A program made the position numbers and the translations under genes. From NCBI RefSeq assembly GCF_009914755.1, contig NC_060926.1: DNA of 64,000 nt. The stretch is one strand, 5' to 3'. The notes below the pieces were generated by a model that saw nothing but the letters and a program-made list of their open reading frames with translations, did not search any database and had not been told where the DNA came from. Position 1 is the first letter of the stretch, and each line of letters starts with the position of its first letter. This document shows, piece after piece, positions 54,739 through 64,000 of this stretch. Origin of the DNA: the human T2T-CHM13v2.0 reference genome, Homo sapiens.

Positions 54739-57700
54739 ATTTACTTACAGCCTCGAAGATGGAGTTCCACGATCAACAGGAATTGACTCCCTCTACAGCT
54801 GAGCCTTCAGACCAGAAGGAAAAGGAGTCAGAGAAGCAAAGTAAGCCTGGTGAAGACCTTAAACATGCTGCCTTAGTTTCTCAGCCAGAGACAACTAAAA
54901 CTTACCCTGATAAAAAGGACATGCAAGGCACGGAAGAAGAAAAAGCACCCCTAGCTTTGTTTGGGCACACTCTTGTTGCCAGCCTGGAAGACATGAAACA
55001 GAAGACAGAACCAAGCCTTGTAGTACCTGGCATTGACCTCCCTAAAGAGCCTCCAACTCCAAAAGAACAAAAGGACTGGTTCATCGAAATGCCAACGGAA
55101 GCAAAAAAGGATGAGTGGGGTTTAGTTGCCCCCATATCTCCTGGCCCTCTGACTCCCATGAGGGAAAAAGATGTATTTGATGATATCCCAAAATGGGAAG
55201 GGAAACAGTTTGATTCTCCCATGCCAAGTCCCTTTCAAGGGGGAAGCTTCACTCTTCCTTTAGATGTCATGAAGAATGAAATAGTTACAGAAACATCGCC
55301 CTTTGCCCCTGCCTTTTTACAGCCAGATGACAAAAAATCTCTGCAACAAACCAGTGGCCCAGCTACTGCCAAAGATAGTTTTAAAATTGAAGAGCCCCAT
55401 GAGGCTAAACCTGACAAAATGGCAGAAGCACCACCCTCAGAGGCAATGACCTTACCCAAAGATGCTCACATTCCAGTTGTAGAAGAACATGTTATGGGGA
55501 AAGTTTTAGAGGAAGAAAAGGAGGCCATAAATCAAGAGACTGTGCAGCAAAGGGATACTTTCACCCCCAGTGGACAGGAACCTATACTTACTGAAAAGGA
55601 AACTGAGCTGAAGCTTGAAGAAAAAACCACCATTTCTGACAAAGAAGCTGTGCCAAAAGAGAGTAAACCCCCAAAACCTGCAGATGAAGAAATAGGCATA
55701 ATTCAGACCTCCACAGAGCACACTTTCTCAGAACAGAAAGACCAAGAGCCTACCACAGATATGTTGAAACAGGACTCGTTCCCTGTAAGTTTGGAGCAAG
55801 CAGTTACAGATTCAGCCATGACCTCTAAAACACTGGAGAAAGCCATGACCGAACCATCTGCATTAATTGAAAAGAGCTCAATTCAGGAACTTTTTGAAAT
55901 GAGAGTTGATGACAAAGATAAGATTGAAGGAGTTGGAGCTGCAACATCAGCTGAGCTTGATATGCCATTTTATGAAGATAAATCAGGAATGTCCAAGTAC
56001 TTTGAAACATCTGCCTTGAAAGAAGAAGCAACAAAAAGCATTGAGCCAGGCAGTGATTACTATGAACTGAGTGACACTAGAGAAAGTGTCCATGAGTCTA
56101 TTGATACCATGTCTCCCATGCATAAAAATGGTGACAAGGAGTTTCAAACAGGAAAAGAATCCCAGCCCAGTCCTCCAGCACAAGAAGCAGGGTACAGCAC
56201 TCTCGCACAGAGTTATCCATCAGATTTACCTGAAGAACCCAGTTCTCCTCAAGAAAGAATGTTCACTATTGATCCAAAAGTGTATGGAGAGAAAAGGGAC
56301 CTCCACAGTAAGAATAAGGATGATTTGACCCTTAGCAGGAGTTTAGGACTTGGTGGTAGGTCTGCAATAGAACAAAGAAGCATGTCAATCAATTTGCCGA
56401 TGTCTTGCCTAGATTCCATAGCCCTTGGATTTAACTTTGGTCGGGGACATGATCTTTCTCCTCTGGCTTCCGATATTCTAACCAACACTAGTGGAAGTAT
56501 GGATGAAGGGGATGATTACCTTCCAGCCACCACACCTGCACTGGAGAAAGCCCCTTGCTTCCCTGTAGAAAGCAAAGAGGAAGAACAGATAGAGAAAGTA
56601 AAAGCTACTGGAGAAGAAAGTACTCAAGCGGAGATATCATGTGAGTCTCCTTTCCTAGCCAAAGATTTTTACAAAAATGGTACTGTCATGGCACCTGACC
56701 TTCCTGAAATGCTAGATCTGGCAGGCACAAGGTCAAGATTGGCTTCTGTGAGTGCAGATGCTGAGGTTGCCAGGAGGAAATCAGTCCCATCAGAGACTGT
56801 GGTTGAGGATAGTCGTACTGGCTTGCCCCCGGTAACTGATGAAAACCATGTCATTGTAAAAACGGACAGTCAGCTCGAAGACCTGGGCTACTGTGTGTTC
56901 AATAAGTACACAGTCCCATTGCCATCACCTGTTCAAGACAGTGAGAATTTATCAGGGGAGAGTGGTACCTTTTACGAAGGCACTGATGATAAAGTTCGAA
57001 GAGATTTGGCCACAGACCTTTCACTGATTGAAGTGAAACTGGCAGCAGCCGGAAGAGTCAAAGATGAGTTCAGTGTTGACAAAGAAGCATCCGCGCATAT
57101 CTCTGGTGACAAATCAGGACTGAGTAAGGAGTTTGACCAAGAGAAGAAAGCTAATGATAGGTTGGATACTGTACTAGAAAAGAGTGAAGAACATGCTGAT
57201 TCAAAAGAACATGCCAAGAAAACTGAAGAGGCTGGTGATGAAATAGAAACATTCGGATTAGGAGTAACCTATGAGCAAGCTTTGGCCAAAGATTTGTCAA
57301 TACCAACAGATGCATCCTCTGAGAAAGCAGAGAAGGGTCTTAGTTCAGTGCCAGAGATAGCTGAGGTAGAACCATCCAAAAAGGTGGAACAAGGTCTGGA
57401 TTTTGCTGTCCAGGGTCAACTAGATGTTAAAATTAGTGACTTTGGACAGATGGCTTCAGGGCTAAACATAGATGATAGAAGGGCAACAGAGCTAAAACTT
57501 GAGGCTACACAGGACATGACCCCCTCATCCAAAGCACCGCAGGAGGCAGATGCATTTATGGGTGTTGAGTCTGGCCACATGAAAGAAGGCACTAAAGTTA
57601 GTGAGACAGAAGTCAAAGAGAAGGTGGCCAAGCCTGACTTGGTGCACCAGGAGGCTGTAGACAAGGAGGAGTCCTATGAATCTAGTGGTGAGCATGAAAG

Positions 57701-58464
57701 TCTCACCATGGAGTCCTTGAAAGCTGATGAGGGCAAGAAGGAAACATCTCCAGAATCATCTCTAATTCAAGATGAGATTGCCGTCAAATTGTCAGTGGAA
57801 ATACCTTGCCCACCTGCTGTTTCAGAGGCTGATTTAGCCACAGATGAGAGAGCTGATGTCCAGATGGAATTTATTCAGGGGCCAAAAGAAGAAAGCAAAG
57901 AGACCCCAGATATATCCATCACGCCTTCTGATGTTGCAGAGCCATTGCATGAAACGATCGTATCTGAACCAGCAGAGATTCAGAGTGAGGAAGAAGAGAT
58001 AGAAGCCCAGGGAGAATATGATAAACTGCTCTTCCGCTCAGACACCCTTCAGATAACTGACCTGGGTGTCTCAGGTGCCAGGGAGGAATTTGTGGAGACC
58101 TGCCCAAGTGAACACAAAGGAGTGATTGAGTCTGTTGTGACCATCGAGGATGATTTCATCACTGTAGTGCAAACCACAACTGATGAAGGGGAGTCAGGGT
58201 CCCACAGCGTGCGTTTTGCAGCCCTAGAGCAGCCTGAGGTGGAAAGGAGACCATCTCCTCATGATGAAGAAGAGTTTGAAGTAGAAGAGGCAGCTGAAGC
58301 CCAGGCAGAACCCAAAGATGGTTCCCCAGAGGCTCCAGCTTCCCCTGAGAGAGAAGAGGTTGCACTTTCTGAATATAAGACAGAAACCTATGACGATTAC
58401 AAAGATGAGACCACCATTGACGACTCCATCATGGACGCTGACAGCCTCTGGGTGGACACTCAAG
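54739..58464 (+). CDS. MAP2: MAP2 giant projection-domain exon, 3726 nt (HMW MAP2a/b specific); DLLTASKMEFHDQQ...SLWVDTQ
   Basis: 1277-aa ORF in track; tacttcag|ATTTAC ... CTCAAG|gtgtgc; second in-frame acceptor ttacag|CCTCG at 54751; phase 1/1. Confidence 0.99.
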
Positions 58465-58655
58465 GTGTGCATTATTATTATTATTATTTTAACTCAAACA
58501 CAATAACCTTATGGGAATTTTTTTTCACTTAAACATTTTAAAATACCTCTTTATCTCTTTATTTTGTATTTTGTTAAATATACAAAGGATTTTGTACACT
58601 TGTTACTAATGTTTTCACTGTTGTTGTTGTTGTCATGATTTGCTTTGATCCACAG

Positions 58656-58862
58656 ATGATGATAGGAGCATCATGACAGAACAGTTAGAAACTATTCCTA
58701 AAGAGGAGAAAGCTGAAAAGGAAGCTCGGAGATCATCTCTTGAGAAACATAGAAAAGAAAAGCCTTTTAAAACCGGGAGAGGCAGAATTTCCACTCCTGA
58801 AAGAAAAGTAGCTAAAAAGGAACCTAGCACAGTCTCCAGAGATGAAGTGAGAAGGAAAAAAG
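58656..58862 (+). CDS. MAP2: MAP2 coding exon, 207 nt; DDDRSIMTEQLETIPKEE...DEVRRKK
   Basis: branch-like tactaat 58604-58610, ccacag|ATGATG ... AAAAAAG|gttcat; phase 1/1. Confidence 0.97.
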
Positions 58863-59030
58863 GTTCATTTAACAATCACTTCTTTAAAAATGTTTTTGAA
58901 GTAATTCATTATTACTTTTTTGCAGAACTGCCTAACAGTGGTAACTAATTATTTATAAAATTTCGTTCGGTTTTGCTCCACGTGTTTATTTTTTCCTGAT
59001 GGTATGCTTTTTGTGTTTTCTTATTCATAG

Positions 59031-59165
59031 CAGTTTATAAGAAGGCTGAACTTGCTAAAAAAACAGAAGTTCAGGCCCACTCTCCCTCCAGGAAATTCAT
59101 TTTAAAACCTGCTATCAAATATACTAGACCAACTCATCTCTCCTGTGTTAAGCGGAAAACCACAG
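59031..59165 (+). CDS. MAP2: MAP2 coding exon, 135 nt; AVYKKAELAKKTEVQAHSPSRKFILKPAIKYTRPTHLSCVKRKTT
   Basis: ttcttattcatag|CAGTTT ... CACAG|gtgact; phase 1/1; recognised peptide. Confidence 0.97.
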
Positions 59166-59339
59166 GTGACTGTTCAATTCTGCAATGTGACTGGCAAACA
59201 TAGACATGTATTTTTTTTTTAAATCTCATTACTGTAGCAGCTTCTTCATTTTGTTTTTCTTCCAAGAATCTCAGCAGTCATGAACAATTTTGCTATTAAG
59301 TGTCTTGTATCATTATTCTTTTTTCCCCCCTCCTTACAG

Positions 59340-59384
59340 AAAAGGTCATGACCATCTGTTTCTTTGTCATGCTCAGACATAACA
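59340..59384 (+). CDS. MAP2: Candidate 45-nt in-frame MAP2 cassette exon: EKVMTICFFVMLRHN
   Basis: Strong acceptor ttcttttttcccccctccttacag|A, weak donor ACA|gtgcgt, phase 1/1, no stop. Confidence 0.4.
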
Positions 59385-59872
59385 GTGCGTGATTGTATCT
59401 TGGCATTGTGCTCTAGTGTCACGTTCTGGGGATTCCTATTTTCATTCTGTGTGTTTGGTTAGACGATGGCGATGAATTTAACTGTGGTATGCATTCTCAT
59501 TATTTTGCTTATTTATCTCTCTCATGCTTAAACCCATAAATATTTGTCCTATTTTCTACATTGTTACTGCCAAATCTGTTACTGATGTTGATGAATTTAT
59601 TGAAAACCACCAAGAATGTGTAGTGATTTAGATACTGAAAATGAAAAGCAAGCCAGGAAGTGAAATTGTGGTTTGCAAAATTACTATTACTTTGCTTTTG
59701 CTGAAAAAAAGAAGATAGAAAACAAAATTTTCTGGTAATTATATCAGATTTTATTCCTCATATCCAAAATTAACAAGATTTTCACTCTACTGAACTACAT
59801 CTCTTAGCTGACATTTTGTCATGGAGATTTCTTAAATATGTTGGATCCAAACTGCTCGACTTTTCTATATAA

Positions 59873-60302
<430 letters not shown>

Positions 60303-60867
60303 TAAGTTTATAAAACTGGTAAAACAAAGGAATGAAACTTGTTGGAAACCATCATAAAAACCCCTACAAATATCTGTAATGCCAACTTTTTTCTAAATTT
60401 CAGGGCAAAGTATTTATTTTATATGTTTAATTATACTAGGATAATCTTACCTTACACTATATTTTATTTTAGCATTTATTAAGTGGCATGCTTGTAGTCT
60501 ACAAAATGACAGATTGCTAAATCAGAAAAGAATGTTTTTCTTTCCATTGTACATCATCAATGCCTCTATATAAATCTTCGGATGGTTTTAAAGGTTAAGA
60601 GGAACATTAGCCTTTGTGAGAAAGAGAAAATCAAGGTAACTGATGGTTTTATTTTAGCCATTGAAAATTCCAAGTATTTTGTATTTGTGTTCTTCATCTA
60701 GAAATCATATCATGTGCTTTCCTTCAAAAACAAGAATCTAAGGCAGGATTTGAAAATAGAAGGCTTGTATATACGCACACCTTGATAAAGCTTCAGGATG
60801 AAGAATATATCTGAAGCTAGGAGTTAGGAATTAACGTGACATACCTCAATTCATTTTCTCAGGTTTT

Positions 60868-60938
60868 TAGCTTCATTAAACTTAGAACTTCATTAAACTT
60901 AATAGCAAATTAATAGCTTCATTAAACTTAGTAGCAAA
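60868..60938. repeat. Irregular triplication of cttcattaaactta
   Basis: Copies at 60871, 60888, 60917. Confidence 0.85.
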
Positions 60939-62389
60939 ATTGCTTGGGCAAGCAGAATCTCTTGATTTAGCATAAAAACTCTATAACCTACCTAAAAGGA
61001 TGAAAGATGTCATCAGGATTGTGGAATTTTAGAGAAAACGTAAAATGGTTTAGTAAAGTGTTTACATGTCATTGGTATTCAATTTGCCACATTTAAAGTA
61101 AATTGTGTTTTTATTCATTCTTTGAAAGAAATTTAAAATCTTTGAACTAATGAAGATTTTCCTTTATTCTGGTCTAATGTTAAGATACTTTAGGAGAAAG
61201 CATGTATCAGATGTAGGTGTCATTGGTTTGAAGCAAGCTATACATGTCACAAGAATTTGAGTTATATTACAGAGATAGTAGTAAGGCATCGTTTTCACTG
61301 CTTCCTTAAAAACAATGAGTCCTAGAATCTGAAAAATCTCACTAGCTAGTCCTACATGGCATAAAGCATATTGTAGACAGTTATTATGTTTGTGTCAGAA
61401 CTGTACCTGTCATAAAAATACCTTTTTAGAACTTATTCAGAGGGCTTATAAGGATACATTTTTTTTCTGAGGGTTTCTATTTTATGAATGAAAATTAAGG
61501 AGGAATAAACACACAAGCTTGATTATTTTATCTTCTAAGCCCAATTTTCAAACATAGATGGTTTTCCAAACCACAAGGGATTGTTTTAAATCATGAGAGC
61601 TAAGCTACCTCAGGTAAGTCATCAACCAAAATGTGCTAGAGATAATGGAGTTTAAAATTGAATCCAGAAGCATAAAACAGCAGCAAGAGAAACAACAGTA
61701 ACAGATGTGGTAATAATTTCATACAGGAAGTGCATGTGTAGAACATGTTCTGTATTTACTGAACTTAAATTTTCTCTCGTGTTTTCTGTTCTTGACAAGC
61801 TATTTTTCTTCCCTTCTCATGTGGCATTTTCACATCAAACAAGTATGTCATTCATATTGTGAAATGAAGGGATACAAAGGGAAAGGGGTTAGCTGATCAT
61901 GACAGTTTGAAATGTAAAATACCGAAATATCTATGGTTATGCCAGTGGCTTCCAGAACAAGAAGAGGGTTTGGAAATCTCTATGAACCCTCTTCTATATA
62001 TCATGTGAACCCCAGAAACCAATCAGTGTTCTTTTTCTTAAATTTTGCAACATTCACATTGCTATTCTGTAACTTCTGTTCTAAAGGATCTCCTTACGTA
62101 CTAGTGATTCAAAGATACATTGGTAATCAATAGAAAAATTACGTGGTGTGCTTACCTGCACTTTGGTAGACAATGGGTTATATTAATTAGCACACACTAT
62201 TTGTTGGAGCCACATGCTATGTTATTGTTATTCATGTTACTTGAGTTATTGAATTTGAGTCTCATAATAAGCAAACTTTTGCTTTGCATTAGTCTGTTGA
62301 CACAACAGAATATCCTACAGGTATTTAAAACTGCATTTATGACTTTTTAGCAACTAAGTTTGGGGTTGTTTGTCTTTTATTTTCAACAG

Positions 62390-62451
62390 CAGCAGGTGGG
62401 GAATCAGCTCTGGCTCCCAGTGTATTTAAACAGGCAAAGGACAAAGTCTCT
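62390..62451 (+). CDS. MAP2: MAP2 coding exon, 62 nt; AAGGESALAPSVFKQAKDKVS (where MAP2c rejoins)
   Basis: ttttcaacag|CAGCAG ... GTCTCT|gtgagt; phase 1/0; recognised peptide. Confidence 0.96.
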
Positions 62452-62859
62452 GTGAGTAAAATAAGTTTTTCCTTGTTCTTCATTTGAAGTTCCTTTGGTA
62501 TTAGCTGTAACATCAGAATAACTTTTGATATTGTTTAGATATTTACTCTTAAAAGTCACTTTAAATAGTTCGCTCACCCAGAAGATTCTCCGTGGCATCC
62601 AGGCATGGAAGGATGAACGTCTTCTGGGATGGCGTATGATGGTAATTGGTGAGGGCACAGCTGGACTGCTTCCTTACTAGTAAGACAAAAACATAGAAAG
62701 CAGCACAATGATATGGCAAAAGTAAGGAAGTCCAGTTTAGTTACTTTTCATAGAATCAAATTAAACCATATAATCAACAGTAACTGTATTTTATAATACA
62801 CTTTCATTGTTTTTGTTACAAAATAGAAATATGACCAAATGAAGCACTGCACACAAGCA

Positions 62860-63500
62860 GAAAGAAGTAGAAATCAATTATAATCCTCTTATCATAAAGA
62901 TAAACACAGCTATCATTTTGATGTAAAATCCTAATTTTTTTCTATACATTTATAGGCTTAACAACAAAAATGAGAACACTGTGTATCACTTTTTAAATTC
63001 AACAGTAAATGTACTTCCATGTCGTTGAACATTTTGTAAGTTTTAATGACTACGTAATACTGCATTTTATTTCTTTGCAATGATATACTTAATCAATTTC
63101 CTATTATTTGACTTTTAGAATTTTTTGTTGGTATTTTAACAATATTACTGTAGAGAACTTTTTGGCTAAGTTCAGTTTGTATGCTATTTCCTTCATTTTC
63201 TACTAGTGAAATTATTGTTTCAAGAAAAATGTTAATATTTAAAGTTTTTGCTGCATATTGTCAAATTGCCCTCTGGAAAGGTTCTACCCACTTATACATT
63301 CTGTATAAGGAGAGTGTTCATATTTGTTATTATTACTACATATTTTATATTGTTGTTGTATATTTGCCAAATTATAGAGATGGCATATATTATTATTTTA
63401 AAATTTTATTTTGGTTGTATTAATGGTGTTTAACTTCTTCATATGTTTGTAAATCTTTTCTATTTTTTCTGTGAATTTTATTTTTATATTATTAACTGTA
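62860..63500 (-). mobile_element. Ancient L1 (L1ME-like) fragment
   Basis: tgtcaaattgccctctggaaaggttctaccc..., ttttctattttttctgtgaatt; highly diverged. Confidence 0.55.
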
Positions 63501-64000
63501 TTTTAATGACCAAAGCCAACATGAAGTATTTTCACTCCTTTATGATTGAAAGAAAAAAATTAAAAGGCTACTAATGAAATCCTAAAATTATAACAAATAA
63601 TTTGAATGATATTAATTAGTAGCTTATAACAACATTCTGAGACTGAGCAAACACATGTAATATGTAAATCACAATTCTTAGCTTACCCTTCTAAAAAACC
63701 AATAAGATTTTAGACTTCCACTTTTATTTATTATGAAAAGTAGTGAGTGATTCATTTCTTTGATCTTGAACCTGAGGGGTTTTATGTTGATAAAAGATGA
63801 TACTTGATTTTTATACAAATGTTTCAGATATATTCCTGAACATATGGCAAGCAACAGAATTCATTTATTGCTTTGGTGAATATTAGGCTTTATTATAAAC
63901 ACATTGTGATTTCAAGATTTGTATCTCTTTACCTTCTGTTTCCAAATTAATGATGTATGGTGGTTGGCCGTAGGGCTATGAAACAAATCATGTTCAAATC

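Noticed and set aside
54902-58875. Many antisense and shifted-frame ORFs over the giant exon
   Set aside because: Shadows of the coding strand's codon bias; no independent signals
61540-61619. Consensus donor CAG|gtaagt, possible cryptic exon or recursive splice site
   Set aside because: 74 nt with in-frame stop and AAG acceptor; no pyrimidine tract for a recursive site and the intron is only about 3 kb
62351-62389. In-frame upstream AG adding ATKFGVVCLLFST
   Set aside because: Lies upstream of the likely branch point of the canonical acceptor and has a short tract; chance frame fit is plausible

Overview
Primate (almost certainly human) genomic DNA, AT-rich and Alu/L1/L2/MIR-laden, covering the central part of the MAP2 gene (microtubule-associated protein 2) on the + strand. 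Seven canonical coding exons can be read directly (15291-15552, 40665-40778, 42839-42916, 54739-58464, 58656-58862, 59031-59165, 62390-62451; 4584 nt = 1528 codons). They encode the N-terminus, the PKA-RII-binding helix and the projection domain. The promoter, upstream 5'UTR exons and the tubulin-binding-repeat exons lie outside the window. Every junction up to 62390 is phase 1, so any 3n-length module can be inserted. Two large in-frame cassettes are evident (243 nt at 49832 and 246 nt at 52716). Manual reading also found less obvious frame-preserving candidates: an alternative start exon (MDEDRK..., 23684-23732) behind an RFX X-box, a 6-nt microexon (33719-33724), a 42-nt alternative acceptor (40623), and 108-, 45- and 18-nt cassettes. 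Other signals are an 87-bp-arm L2-derived inverted repeat (979-1187), candidate calcineurin/PP1 docking motifs in the alternatively spliced exons, serial AluY insertions at one target site and several small tandem duplications. All candidate exons are sequence-based inferences with no expression evidence here, and I cannot check which are already annotated. Repeat boundaries and subfamilies were called by eye and are approximate.
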